64,000 nt of DNA from assembly GCA_050012255.1 (NCBI GenBank), contig JBEKHN010000004.1, positions 58,267 to 122,266 on the forward strand, in the 5' to 3' direction. The notes below the pieces were generated by a model. It saw only the letters and a list, made by a program, of their open reading frames with translations. It was not told the origin of the DNA and did not search any database. How positions within the stretch are numbered: the first letter of the stretch is position 1; each line of letters starts with the position of its first letter. Of the stretch, positions 39,207 to 50,500 are shown piece after piece. The position numbers were made by a program, and so were the translations under genes. The stretch comes from Candidatus Bathyarchaeia archaeon (GTDB lineage: Archaea; Thermoproteota; Bathyarchaeia; Bathyarchaeales; Bathycorpusculaceae).

Positions 39207-39764
39207 CTAACTGAATTCTCTTATTATCTGCTCAACTGTCATTATCTTCGCGTTGTAGATGTCTTTCAAGTATTTGAGTCCTTGTTCATGGTCTTCTAGG
39301 GTGAAGGCTTCGACCCCATCTTCTGCGACTGTGATCTTGTATCCTCTGAAGAAAGCGTCCGCAGCTGTGTGTCTGACACATATGTTCGTATGCAAGCCTG
39401 TGATGATAACGGTCTTGACGCCTTCTCCGTGGTACAAGCCTCTCAGCAGCATGTCTAAGCCTGTCTCGTGGAAGCCGCTGTACGTTCTCTTTTCGACGAC
39501 ATAATCCTTCTTGGTGGGTCTCAGCGCGGGAATCACTTCTGCTCCCGCAGTGCCCTTTATGGCGTGTTTTCCCCACTTTGCAACGACCTCCTGGTCTAGA
39601 GGAAGATGCGCATCGTTGCTATAGATGATTGGCACTCCGTGTTTGCGGGCGGCCACGATAAGTTTTTTCAAGTTTGGAATTATGTGCAACGCTCTCTCGC
39701 ACTTTAAGTCTCCAGTGACGAAGTCGTTGAGCATGTCAAGAACTATTACGGCTTTTCTGTCCAA
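39207..39764 (-). CDS. Cysteine hydrolase (isochorismatase/nicotinamidase family)
   Basis: VLDMLNDF, DAH, WGKH, EKRTYSGF, GLHTNICV. Confidence 0.9.
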   Translation of the reverse strand: MDRKAVIVLDMLNDFVTGDLKCERALHIIPNLKKLIVAARKHGVPIIYSNDAHLPLDQEVVAKWGKHAIKGTAGAEVIPALRPTKKDYVVEKRTYSGFHETGLDMLLRGLYHGEGVKTVIITGLHTNICVRHTAADAFFRGYKITVAEDGVEAFTLEDHEQGLKYLKDIYNAKIMTVEQIIREFS

Positions 39765-39824
39765 TAGAATCGTGCTCCTGAAACTATCTGAATGAAAAGG
39801 GACGAAAAATAGTTTATGGTAGAC

Positions 39825-40898
39825 TCATCTTGCAGTTTCCAGACTGTAGAAGCCATCAGTGAACTTCTCCGACACGCGTTGTTTCACAAGTACGCTGTCT
39901 TCGATTCGGACGCCTCCGAAACCCGGAATGTATATGCCTGGTTCGTCCGTTACTACGTTTCCAACAGCTAGCCTATCCTTGCTAATCGGAGACAACCCTG
40001 GCCCTTCGTGAACTTCTAGCCCTACTCCATGACCCAAACCATGATTGAAATACTCGCCGTAACCTGCATCCTCTATTATCTTGCGGGCTGCTTGATCCAC
40101 GTCTTTCCCTCGTGCTTTGGCCCTTATTGCCTGATAAGCCTCTTCTTCGGCTGTCTTGACGACCTCGTAGAGTTTCTCTTGCTTGTCTGATGGTTTTCCG
40201 GCGACGAAAGTTCTTGTCATGTCAGAACGGTAATACTCGTAAATTGCGCCGATGTCAACGACTATCAGGTCGTCCTTGCGGATTTTTCTCTCAGCGCAGC
40301 CACCGTGAGGGTATGCAGAGCGGATGCCCGAGGCCACGATCGTGTCAAACGCTGTTCCGTAGCCTCCTTTCTTCCGCATTGCGTACTCGATTTCGGCTGC
40401 GACCTCGATCTCAGTCACGTCAGGCCTTATTGTTTCGTAAGCGGCTTTCATGCCTGCTACTGTTATTTCCCCAGCCTTTCGCATGCGGTTGAGTTCTTCG
40501 TTGTCCTTTACCTTACGCAGTCCGTTGACGAGGTCTCCTTGCACTTTCAGTTTTGCGTGTCCACGAATGGCTTTTGCGAGGAGACGGTGGAGTTCGTAGC
40601 TGAGCGTGTCTGACGCGAGTTTCTTAACCTTCAACGCTTTGAGACCTGGGCCGATTTTCTCACCGAGTTTTTCGCCTCTTTTGAGGAGTTCAACCTTGAA
40701 CCCTTTTGCTTCTGCTTTTGTCTGCTCGTAGTTGACGCCGTAGACGTAGATCGTGTTTTCCCCTTTCTTTGGAATCAGAAGGCACGCTGCGCCGGGGATT
40801 CCTGTTAAATACAGCAGGTTAGACTCGTTTGCCACAAGAAATGCATCAAAATCTTTCTTTTCAAAGGCCAGTTCTTTAAGAGCATCGATCCTCTTCAA
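39825..40898 (-). CDS. Xaa-Pro aminopeptidase (M24B)
   Basis: [36 protein letters not shown]. Confidence 0.92.
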   Translation of the reverse strand: MKRIDALKELAFEKKDFDAFLVANESNLLYLTGIPGAACLLIPKKGENTIYVYGVNYEQTKAEAKGFKVELLKRGEKLGEKIGPGLKALKVKKLASDTLSYELHRLLAKAIRGHAKLKVQGDLVNGLRKVKDNEELNRMRKAGEITVAGMKAAYETIRPDVTEIEVAAEIEYAMRKKGGYGTAFDTIVASGIRSAYPHGGCAERKIRKDDLIVVDIGAIYEYYRSDMTRTFVAGKPSDKQEKLYEVVKTAEEEAYQAIRAKARGKDVDQAARKIIEDAGYGEYFNHGLGHGVGLEVHEGPGLSPISKDRLAVGNVVTDEPGIYIPGFGGVRIEDSVLVKQRVSEKFTDGFYSLETAR

Positions 40899-40961
40899 TG
40901 GTGTTCACCGCTATGAAAGAATCTTTTACTACGGGTTCTTGGCTAAAATGCTTTGCTCTTC

Positions 40962-41252
40962 TCAGCCGCCGCTAACCACGGGCATCAAGATAACGTGATC
41001 CCCGTTTTTGAGTTTAGTTTCAACACCCTTTAGCTGGTTGAGCAGGTACCCGTTCACAGTGGCCATGAAGTTTGATTTCACGTCTGTACCGCCAGATTCG
41101 TAGACAGCTTTCTTGAAGGGCTCACCATATTTTCTCGACAGCAACGCAAGCAGGTCGGCGATTGACGAGTCGTTTCTCATCTCAATTTCCTCTTGCCTCT
41201 TGTCGCCCGTCATGTTTTTGATGTGTCCGAGGTATTCAACCTTGACTTTCAA
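40962..41252 (-). CDS. MoaD/ThiS/SAMP ubiquitin-like protein
   Basis: Beta-grasp pattern ending VILMPVVSGG; start TTG 41252. Confidence 0.87.
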   Translation of the reverse strand: MKVKVEYLGHIKNMTGDKRQEEIEMRNDSSIADLLALLSRKYGEPFKKAVYESGGTDVKSNFMATVNGYLLNQLKGVETKLKNGDHVILMPVVSGG

Positions 41253-41576
41253 CGCTGGGCACCGATCTCTTCTATGTAATCCTAGAGTCAATGTCGTTAT
41301 ATATTCGTTTCAGTCTACGCCTCGCACAGAAGCAGTATGCAAAAGACACATTCAAAACACAAGTGACGGCCCATCCATCTTCTCAAAGCCCAAGTTGAAC
41401 GCCTGATGTGAGAGCCTTAACCCTGGGTGGGTAGATGAAATGGGAGGGAAACCACCGAAAACAGTTATGCAGGGCACATCTCAAGATACTTACCGTTAGC
41501 TGAGGATCTTCCTTCATCCATCAAGAACGTTCATTTAAACAATTCTTTTATGTTCGCCGAATAGTCTAGTTTCTAG

Positions 41577-43268
41577 GTGCCTTCGATGATGTTTAACAAA
41601 AAGAAACTGGATGACATTCAGAAACAAATGGAAAACTGGGAGAAGGAAACGGTCGTGAAGAGTTTCGACAGGCTTCCAGAAAGAGGCGAGTTGTTAACAG
41701 GCTCAGGCATCCCTGTGAACAGACTCTACACTCCAATTGACGTGGCAGAATTCGATTACATGAACCAACAGGGTTTTCCAGGGCAGTATCCGCTTACGCG
41801 TGGTGTCTACCCAACGATGTATCGTGCCCGCTTTTGGACCATGCGGCAGTATGCGGGTTTTGGTACGGCTGAACAGACAAACAAGCGTTTCAGGTACTTG
41901 CTCGAACACGGACAAACTGGGTTGAGCGTTGCTTTCGACTTTCCAACGCAGGTTGGATACGACTGTGACCATCCCATGGCGCTCGGCGAGGTCGGGAAGG
42001 TCGGAGTCAGCACGAGCACGCTCAGAGACATGGAGATCCTCTTTGACGGAATCCCGCTTGACAAGGTAACAACGTCAATGACGATCAACGCCCCTGCAAA
42101 TGTACTGCTTGCAATGTATGCCGCCGTGGGGGATAAACAGGGTGTTAAACAATCGCTGCTTGGCGGCACAGTTCAGAACGATGTTCTGAAGGAATACGTG
42201 GCCCGAGGCATGTACATATTTCCACCGAAACCATCGATGCGCATGATTACAGACATCTTCGTTTACTGCAGCCAGAACATGCCACAGTGGAACACCATAA
42301 GCGTGAGCGGCTATCACATACGCGAGGCCGGCTCTACTGCTGTTCAGGAAGTTGCTTTCACATTGGCAAACGCCATTGCCTATGTACAAGCAGCCATCGA
42401 CCGAGGCTTGGACGTGGACAAGTTTGCAGGAAGGCTGTCCTTCTTCTTCGCTGCCCACAACAACTTCTTCGAAGAAGTTGCAAAGTTCAGGGCAGCACGC
42501 CGGCTATGGGCGAACATCATGCGAGAACGATTCAAAGCCAAGAATCTAAACTCGTGGATGCTTCGTTTCCACACCCAGACATCTGGAGTTTCACTCACGG
42601 CTCAGCAACCGTACAACAACGTTGTACGCGTGGCTTTGCAGGCTTTGTCAGCAGTTCTGGGAGGAACCCAGTCTCTGCACACCAACTCATTCGATGAAGC
42701 TTATGCTTTGCCCAGCGAGCATGCTGTGACGGTTGCCTTGAGGACCCAGCAGATAATCGCCTATGAAAGCGGAGTCGTAGATACTGTTGACCCCTTGGCT
42801 GGGTCATACTACATTGAGCACATGACGAATGAAATTGAAGAGAGAGCACGAAAGTACATTGACAGAATTGACAATATGGGCGGCGCGGTCGCTGCGATTG
42901 AGAAGGGTTTCATGCAGCGTGAGATCACCGAGAGCGCTTATCGCTTCCAGAAGGAAGTCGAGGCCAAGAAGAGAATTGTTGTCGGCGTGAACGACTTCAT
43001 CGGTGAAGAAGAGGTTCCGATCAAGACCTTACAGGTAGACCCGATAGTAGAAAAGACTCTTGTCGAACGGTTAAAGAAGATAAAAAACAAGAGAAACCAG
43101 CCCAAGGTTAACGAGGCACTAGACAGGTTGCGCATTGCAGCTGAACGCGAAAACGAGAGTCTGATGCCCTTCATGCTTAAGGCCGTCAAGGAATATGCAA
43201 CTTTGGGCGAAATATGCGGCACTCTGCGCGAAGTTTTCGGTGAGTATAAACCGCCTTCCATCTTTTAG
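41577..43268 (+). CDS. Methylmalonyl-CoA mutase, substrate-binding (large) subunit
   Basis: [18 protein letters not shown] (Tyr specificity residue), [12 protein letters not shown] (Arg), [18 protein letters not shown]; no B12-binding domain. Confidence 0.92.
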   Translation: MPSMMFNKKKLDDIQKQMENWEKETVVKSFDRLPERGELLTGSGIPVNRLYTPIDVAEFDYMNQQGFPGQYPLTRGVYPTMYRARFWTMRQYAGFGTAEQTNKRFRYLLEHGQTGLSVAFDFPTQVGYDCDHPMALGEVGKVGVSTSTLRDMEILFDGIPLDKVTTSMTINAPANVLLAMYAAVGDKQGVKQSLLGGTVQNDVLKEYVARGMYIFPPKPSMRMITDIFVYCSQNMPQWNTISVSGYHIREAGSTAVQEVAFTLANAIAYVQAAIDRGLDVDKFAGRLSFFFAAHNNFFEEVAKFRAARRLWANIMRERFKAKNLNSWMLRFHTQTSGVSLTAQQPYNNVVRVALQALSAVLGGTQSLHTNSFDEAYALPSEHAVTVALRTQQIIAYESGVVDTVDPLAGSYYIEHMTNEIEERARKYIDRIDNMGGAVAAIEKGFMQREITESAYRFQKEVEAKKRIVVGVNDFIGEEEVPIKTLQVDPIVEKTLVERLKKIKNKRNQPKVNEALDRLRIAAERENESLMPFMLKAVKEYATLGEICGTLREVFGEYKPPSIF

Positions 43269-43819
43269 CCGATCATCAGAAGCGGCTCTCCCTCGCTCAC
43301 TGAGGAGCCATCAGAAACGTAAATTTCTTTCACGGCGCCGGCCTTGGGCGCGATTATTTCGTTTTCCATTTTCATGGCTTCGATGACACAGAGCACTTGG
43401 CCCGCCTTGACATCGTCGCCCTTCTTGACCTTGACCGAAACTATCTTACCAGTCATCGGCGCCGTTATGCCACCTTCAACAGCCTGTCTGTTTGCAGCTG
43501 CTCTCTTTGTTGGCGTTGCCACAGTCGGCTCAAATGCGGTTAGAGATGCTTTTCTCGCAGGTACTTTAACCTCGGCTTTGAACGTTGCTTCCTCAACCCT
43601 CACCGAGAATTCTTTCCCTCGATTTATCTTAGGCAATTCGACGTCGTAGTTTTTGTTGTCTACTTTCAGAGTGAACGGTTTTTCAAGGTCCAGTGCGCTG
43701 GTCACGAATTCCACGCTGCGAGCCTTGCCGTCTACTCTGATGCTGAAAGAGCTTTGGCCAGTTCTTGTCACCTCGACCTTTTTGGGCTTGTCGTCGATGA
43801 AAACTTCGTACTCTGGCAT
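43265..43819 (-). CDS. Biotin carboxyl carrier protein
   Basis: APMTG...EAMKMENEI biotinylation motif; extended N-terminal beta domain. Confidence 0.92.
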   Translation of the reverse strand: MPEYEVFIDDKPKKVEVTRTGQSSFSIRVDGKARSVEFVTSALDLEKPFTLKVDNKNYDVELPKINRGKEFSVRVEEATFKAEVKVPARKASLTAFEPTVATPTKRAAANRQAVEGGITAPMTGKIVSVKVKKGDDVKAGQVLCVIEAMKMENEIIAPKAGAVKEIYVSDGSSVSEGEPLLMIG

Positions 43820-43821
43820 CG

Positions 43822-45366
43822 TTATGCACCGTGCTCTGCTTGGTTTTGGCGAGCAGCTAACACCCAGTATGAGTGCGTGTTTTTGGCTCTCTGCACCGTG
43901 AGTGCTTTCGTTCCTGACGAGCTTTGCAGATGGTTTACAGCCGCCACTGAAAGAGCAGCCACTTCCTCAAGCTCCGCTAGCCTTTCTGGTTGTATTCCAG
44001 GCTTGGCTTCTTCGCGTCTTGCTTTTCTTTTCTTGAAGAATTCTAGAGCGGGTTGTGGGAACAACGCGTAGGTAATCTTGTCTTCTTCAGATTCAATGAA
44101 AGGCATCACATCTTCCGGGATCTTGCCAAGGGCTGGCTCAAGCAGGTCGGCAGGACGGCATGTGATGGTTTTTTCATCACCGATAATTCTCTTCTTTACC
44201 TTCTCGTCGATAGGCGCTGGAGGCTTGCCGTACAGGCCTTTCACGTAATCTTTTATCTCTTTAGGGACGATGCTGTATCTCTTGCCCGAAATAACGTTCA
44301 AGACGGCTTGTATCCCAACGAGTTGACTGGTCGGCGTGACGAGAGGCGGATAGCCCAGCTCCTTTCTCACTTTCGGCACTTCTGCGAGCACTTCATTCAA
44401 CCTGTCCGATGCTTTCTGTTCTCTCAGCTGTTCGAGCAGGTTTGAGAACATTCCGCCCGGAATTTGGTGCACAATTATTGAGGCGTCAACTCTTTCAGCC
44501 TTTGGGTCTATCAGTTTCAACGGGTCGTAGTACTTCTCGCGCAGTTCACGGAAGTACTGTGCAATACCGTTAAGCAACTCGCTGTCTAGGCCCGTGTCGT
44601 AAGGGGTCCCTTTCAGGGCAGCGACGACTGATTCCACAGGCGGTTGTGATGTGCCCCACGCCAACGGGGAGAACGCCGTGTCCAAGATATCCACGCCTGC
44701 TTCGCAAGCGTGAAAGTAGGTCATCATGACCATGCCGCTCGTGCTGTGACTGTGCAGGTGTATTGGTAGGCCCACTTCTTTTTTCAGGGCAGAAATGAGG
44801 ACGTAGGCCTGTTGGGGAGCGAGCATTCCGGCCATGTCCTTGATGCATATCGAATCGCAGTCTAATTCGGCAAGTTTCTTGGCAACCTCCACGAAGTATT
44901 CAACGGTGTGGAACGGGCTGATGGTGTAGCTGATGGTGCCTTGAGCGTGTCCACCCACCTTTTTGACCGTCTTGATGGCGACTTCCATGTTTCTTATGTC
45001 GTTTAACGCATCGAACACACGGAAAATGTCTATGCCGTTCTCAGCTGCTTTCTCTACGAATTTTATGACAACATCATCGGGATAGTTCCGGTAGCCGACG
45101 ATGTTTTGTCCCCGAAGAAGCATTTGAAGCGGTGTCCTCTTGACACGGCGTTTCAGCTGACGGATCCGCTCCCATGGGTCCTCAGAAAGATACCGGATGC
45201 TGACGTCGAAAGTGGCTCCGCCCCATGCTTCAAGCGAAAAAAAACCAACCTGATCCATTTTCTCAGCTATAGGCAGCATCGTGTCCGTTCGCATTCTCGT
45301 TGCTATCAGGCTTTGATGCGCATCCCGGAAGGTCGTATCAGTGATTTTTACTGGTTTCGGAACCAA
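43822..45366 (-). CDS. Pyruvate/oxaloacetate carboxyltransferase (PycB/OadA/transcarboxylase 5S family), no biotinyl domain
   Basis: RDAHQSL, WGGATFD, EDPWER, IKDMAG, HLHSH, HQIPGGM, PPLVTPTSQ. Confidence 0.9.
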   Translation of the reverse strand: MVPKPVKITDTTFRDAHQSLIATRMRTDTMLPIAEKMDQVGFFSLEAWGGATFDVSIRYLSEDPWERIRQLKRRVKRTPLQMLLRGQNIVGYRNYPDDVVIKFVEKAAENGIDIFRVFDALNDIRNMEVAIKTVKKVGGHAQGTISYTISPFHTVEYFVEVAKKLAELDCDSICIKDMAGMLAPQQAYVLISALKKEVGLPIHLHSHSTSGMVMMTYFHACEAGVDILDTAFSPLAWGTSQPPVESVVAALKGTPYDTGLDSELLNGIAQYFRELREKYYDPLKLIDPKAERVDASIIVHQIPGGMFSNLLEQLREQKASDRLNEVLAEVPKVRKELGYPPLVTPTSQLVGIQAVLNVISGKRYSIVPKEIKDYVKGLYGKPPAPIDEKVKKRIIGDEKTITCRPADLLEPALGKIPEDVMPFIESEEDKITYALFPQPALEFFKKRKARREEAKPGIQPERLAELEEVAALSVAAVNHLQSSSGTKALTVQRAKNTHSYWVLAARQNQAEHGA

Positions 45367-45430
45367 CGCTGGCTACCTCTGCAGTCTGCTAGGACTCGGA
45401 ATGTGAAAAATGAGTTGAAGGTGTATTAAT

Positions 45431-46999
45431 CTATAATGGTAAGTTTGAATGCTTTCGTGATGGTCTGGCTTCGCGTTTGGTGGCCAAACTTTCGAGGGCA
45501 CTGATGAGTTTGGGTCGGGTTTCCGCTGGTTCGATCACTTCGTCTATGTAGCCTTTCTGTGCTGCTATGTATGGGCTTGCGAATTTTTGGCGGTATTCGC
45601 TAACGAGTTCCCCGTGCTTCTGCTTCGGGTCCTTTGCTTCGGCTATTTCTTTTCTGAAGATGATGTTTATGGCGCCTTGTGGTCCCATGACGGCTATTTC
45701 TGCTGTTGGCCAAGCGTAGTTTATGTCTGCGCCGCTGTGTTTTGAACCCATAACGTCGTAGGCTCCGCCGTAGTCTTTTCTTAGGATGACTGTGACTTTT
45801 GGCACGGTTGCTTCGCAGTAGGCGTAGAGCAGTTTTGAGCCGTGTTTGATAATTCCGCCGTGCTCTTGTTCTATTCCCGGCAGGAATCCTGGGACATCTA
45901 CAAAGGTTACTATTGGGATGTTGAAGGCGTCGCAGAAGCGTACGAATCTTCCCGCTTTCATTGAACTGTTTATGTCCAGTGCACCTGAGTAGTGGGCAGG
46001 CTGGTTAGCGACGATTCCCACTGTTCTGCCGTTTAGACGCGCGAAGCCTACCGCTATGTTCGGCGCCCAGAGGGATTGAATTTCGAAGAACTCACCGCTG
46101 TCCACCACACGGCGGATGACTTCTTTGACGTCGTATGGCTTATCCGAGTCGTCAGGTAAAATTCTGGCCAAGGCTTCATCAGTGCGGTTCGGGTCGTCGC
46201 CTGTTTCAAGAATAGGCGGGTCTTCCAAGTAGTTGCTGGGCAAGTAGCTCAAGAGTTTCTTGACGATCTGTATGCAATGTTGCTCGTCTCTTGCGATGAA
46301 GTGTGTCACTCCGCTGGTCTGACCGTGAACCATTGCTCCGCCCAATTCTTCGAATGTCACTTCCTGTCCCAGAACGGTTTTGACGACGTCTGGGCCCGTG
46401 ATGAACATGTGACTTGTCTTATCAACCATTATTATGAAGTCCGTAAGCGCTGGTGAATACACGGCTCCTCCTGCACATGGCCCCATTATAGCGGAAATCT
46501 GCGGTATCACACCCGAGCTTGTGACGTTTCGGAAGAAGATGTCCCCGTATCCGGCGAGGCTTGCTACGCCCTCCTGTATGCGAGCGCCGCCGCTGTCGTT
46601 CAAGCCTATGAAGGGTGCACCTGTTTTCATGGCTAAATCCATCAGCTTGCAGACCTTCTTTGCGAACATCTCGCCCAATGAGCCTCCGAAGACTGTGAAG
46701 TCCTGAGAGAAAACGTAGACCAATCGACCATCAATCGTGCCATAGCCCGTTACAACACCGTCTCCAAGGAACTTCTTTTCTCCCAAGCCGAATTCTGTGC
46801 ATTGGTGAACAACAAACCTGTCGATTTCGTTGAAGCTTCCCGGATCTAAAAGTAGGTCAATGCGTTCTCTGGCCGCCAATTTGCCCTTAGCATGCTGTTC
46901 TTCGACCCGTTTTTGTCCACCGCCAAGCTCGGCCTGCTTCTCGAGTTCTTTCAGGTGTTTGATCTTCTCCTCGACTGTGGGCTCCTTTGTCGGGCTCAT
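45431..46999 (-). CDS. Acyl-CoA carboxyltransferase (PccB/MmdA/transcarboxylase 12S family)
   Basis: [55 protein letters not shown]. Confidence 0.93.
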   Translation of the reverse strand: MSPTKEPTVEEKIKHLKELEKQAELGGGQKRVEEQHAKGKLAARERIDLLLDPGSFNEIDRFVVHQCTEFGLGEKKFLGDGVVTGYGTIDGRLVYVFSQDFTVFGGSLGEMFAKKVCKLMDLAMKTGAPFIGLNDSGGARIQEGVASLAGYGDIFFRNVTSSGVIPQISAIMGPCAGGAVYSPALTDFIIMVDKTSHMFITGPDVVKTVLGQEVTFEELGGAMVHGQTSGVTHFIARDEQHCIQIVKKLLSYLPSNYLEDPPILETGDDPNRTDEALARILPDDSDKPYDVKEVIRRVVDSGEFFEIQSLWAPNIAVGFARLNGRTVGIVANQPAHYSGALDINSSMKAGRFVRFCDAFNIPIVTFVDVPGFLPGIEQEHGGIIKHGSKLLYAYCEATVPKVTVILRKDYGGAYDVMGSKHSGADINYAWPTAEIAVMGPQGAINIIFRKEIAEAKDPKQKHGELVSEYRQKFASPYIAAQKGYIDEVIEPAETRPKLISALESLATKREARPSRKHSNLPL

Positions 47000-47082
47000 T
47001 CAATCCCCCGTATTCTTGACTATACTGTTATGCATGTATTTAGAACAAACGGGAGTTTCATCAAACATTCACATATAGAGAA

Positions 47083-47487
47083 TCAGGGTTTCTCAACAAG
47101 TTCAAGAAGAACGCCGCGAGTGCTTTTCGGATGGACGAAAGCGATCTTTGCTCCTTCTGCGCCAGACCTCGGCTTCTCATCAATCAGTGTTAACCCTTTC
47201 TTCTTGAAATCTTCAAGCACAGCCTCGATGTTCTTGACCCTTAAAGCGAGATGTTGTATGCCCTCGCCTCGTGTTTCAAGGAACTTTGCAACTGGGCTGT
47301 CGCTGCCAAGAGGCTCTAACAGTTCAATGCGACTTTCCTTTCCAGCTGAAAAGAAGGCAACTCTTACCTTCCGCTCTTCCAACTTGTGGACTCCTTCAAG
47401 CCGAAAACCTAGAATGTCACGGTAAACGCAGATTGCTTCATTCAGGTCTTTCACGGCAATCCCTATGTGATCGATAGCTTCGATCAA
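47083..47487 (-). CDS. mce: Methylmalonyl-CoA epimerase
   Basis: [39 protein letters not shown]. Confidence 0.92.
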   Translation of the reverse strand: MIEAIDHIGIAVKDLNEAICVYRDILGFRLEGVHKLEERKVRVAFFSAGKESRIELLEPLGSDSPVAKFLETRGEGIQHLALRVKNIEAVLEDFKKKGLTLIDEKPRSGAEGAKIAFVHPKSTRGVLLELVEKP

Positions 47488-47586
47488 CGTTCATTCCTCT
47501 TCAATGACACTGTAGGGCAAGTCAGCCACGTTATAAAAAAGTTTCCAGTATTCCCTTCAAGCGTTCTCACAGAACTGCTTCGCAGA

Positions 47587-50500
47587 TCATCTTTCCCCTT
47601 TGATCCAGCCCTTGATCCCCAATTCTTTGACTGTTATGCTAACCGGTTCCGGCTGGTGCGATTTGTATGTGCCATTTTCATCCAGATACAGTATAGTAGG
47701 TTTCAAAAAGAATTCTCCCTGAGCCTTTGGCTTAATAGTGAGTCTCACCTCTTCTGTCTTCAACGGGTCAAGCCTTTTTCCCTTCATGTTGAGGTAACTG
47801 TCTTCTACGCGGTAGATTTCAGGTTTTTCAGCCAGCTCAAAACCTGCGGGAATGACCTCCGTGATTTTAATGAGCTGGGCAGAGCTTTTTCCCGCGTTGA
47901 CAAGCTCTATCTCAAAATCCAGGTTTTCACCGACTTTCAGCTGCTTCTGGCGTGTAACAAGGTTTGCCTGCACATTGGCGTTTTCGAATTTCTCCAAGCC
48001 CACCGCGTTTTCTTGGTTTGGTGTGGGCGTTGTGAAAGCAGAGGTTGTTGAAACAATCGACGGCGCGTGCAACACCTCGCTGAGAGACAGGGCTAGTTCT
48101 CGTTCCTCTTTCACCCTCTCCAGCAGCCTTAGAACCTGTTCGCTTTTCTCCGGATGCTCCGCCTTCATAAACGAGCCTGCTGAAGTCTGCAGCACCTTTT
48201 CGGCCATCATGTAAAGCCTTGCTTTTTTCTCAGGATCACTTTCCACCTTAGCATTGTCCATACGCATGTAGGCATCAAGGAGCAGTTCAGTTGCCTTGGC
48301 ATACTCTGATGCGTTCTGGAAGCCAGCCCTTACGTAATGTTTCGCGGCGCTTTCCAGTTGCTGTATGGCGATCTTGTACAATTCTGCATTCCCTGTGTCA
48401 GCAAATTTCGTTCCGGCTTCAAGCGCTCTGCAGAAGCGACTATGTCCCAACGCTAACATTTTCGCTTTCTCGTTCGGACTGAACTCTTTGGCTTCCTCGA
48501 AGAGCTGGGACGCTTCTAAGTACAGGTCGGGCGATCCTTCAGCTTCTGCTCCCGTCATTTTTGCCCAAGCCTGAGAAAGAATCGTGATGAGTCTGAATTC
48601 CTTCTTGTCTTGTTCTGACTCTGCCGCCTGGGCTATTTTCTGAAGAGTCTCGACCGCTGAACAGTATTTTTCTGAGCTTGAGTAGTGGTCGCCTTTCTTA
48701 TCAAGGATTTTTGCCTCTTCGATGGCGATTCTCGCCAAACAGTATTCGCGCCTTGAGTCCGTTGCATTGACCATTTGGGTGGCCATCTGTTTCTCGTCTG
48801 GGTCTTCAATCTTGGCAAGCCCATCCTGGATTGATTTCTTAGTTTCCTCAAAAAGTCTGGCTGCTTGTTCAAAGGCTTGGAGGGCTTCTTCGCTTCGTTC
48901 TTTTCTGCTTAACTCTTCTGCATGCTCAATTTGGGCCCAAGCAAAGTAGTTTGGAGCTAGGTAACTCCACTGTTTCAACGATTTGTGCATGTTGGCGGCT
49001 TTCTCAAAGTGCTCCTCTGCCAAACCACACTCTTGTCTTTCGTGATGATGCCTTGCCTTCTCGATTTCACTCCAAGCCCGCATGTAACACGCATGATCCT
49101 GATAAAAGCCCTTGAGCTGAGGAATGCTTTCTGCGGCGCTCATGTAGTTGTCTGAGGCTGAGCCGAAGTATTGAGCCGCATTTGAATGCTCGCCCAGCGC
49201 ATCATAAGCTTGGGCGATCTTCCAGTGGCACTCAGCCATGCGACTTCTTAGATTGAGCTTTTGAAATGATTCAGTCGCTTCTCTAAAGGCTTCTATGGCT
49301 TTTTTCAAATACTCTTGGTTTCGAGTAAGGCCATATAGGCGGTTCAACACATTTCCGTATTCAGATTGCGAATGCCCGAGAACAGCAAATAGCGATGTTA
49401 AACTTGAAAGTTTACTTTCAACGAATGCCAATTCTTTAGTAAGAAGTTTTAAGGAATTCTCTCTGCATAACGCGACTTCCTGGAACAGGTTCTTCTTGGT
49501 TTCAGGGTCATCTGCTAGCTCGGCAAGATCGGATTTTATCGTAGCTAAGGTGTCCTGATTTATACCACGGTTCCAGTAGAGAAGGGGTGTAAGCTGCTCA
49601 GTCCTTGCAACAGATTCTTTCCTGTGTTGCAGAGCCTGTTCGAGAAGCTTTTTTTTCTCGTCGCGGTTGGTTTCTGTTTTGGCCAAGGCACGCATAATCC
49701 CGCCGAATATGCCATGCGCATACATCATGACCTCTGGATACCCGGAATTCTCAGCCTTCTTCAGCATTTCCGGTGCGGCTTTCACGGCTTTTTCTAACAG
49801 ATCACGCTTTTTCCTCACGTCTGTTTCCATGCCAGCCAGCCAAATGTTGGAATCAGCAGGAGACGCTTCGATCCAAGCAAGGTCTGCGCGTGGACTTATG
49901 AACGAGATTTGAGAGAACTGTTCTCTGGCGTCTTGAATGTACTGCATGACTGCTTTGGCGAGCTGAGCTATCTCGTCCTTGTCTTCAATGGCGTTTGTCT
50001 TCCAGACAGTGTGATAAGTCAGCCAGTCAAGTGCGCATCCGATGAAGAATCTGTCTTTGGTTTTCTTTGCAAACTCTAATCCTTTCTTGCAATTCGACAG
50101 AGCTTCATCCGAACCCTCCAAGCCGAATATGGGTTGTCCTCCAAACACTGGGCATAGCGATTCAAGGACGGCTATCTCTTCGGGAAGCTCTTTGGCCTTG
50201 ACCCAGTAGTCCACACCTTTTTGATAGGACTGTTCTCGCTCACGTCCGTCTTGGCAGTAGTAGCCGAACACTCCTAGACAGACAACCGTTTTTGCACAGG
50301 CTCTTGCGAGTTCGGAAGCCTCCTCGGAAGCGGAAAGGAACTTTATAGCCTTCTCTCCACACTCCACCGTTTCCTTCATGATCCTTACGCGTGCTTGAAA
50401 ATCCGACTCAAGTGTGAATTCAAAAATGGGGCCAATTGACAGCTGATTGTACGTCTTTCCATAATCCCAAGAGGCTTCAGCAGCTTCAAAAGCTTCTAGA

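Noticed and set aside
41577-43268. Isobutyryl-CoA or other variant mutase
   Set aside because: The Tyr (RQYAG) and Arg (YVARG) specificity residues, plus the adjacent epimerase, fit methylmalonyl-CoA mutase.
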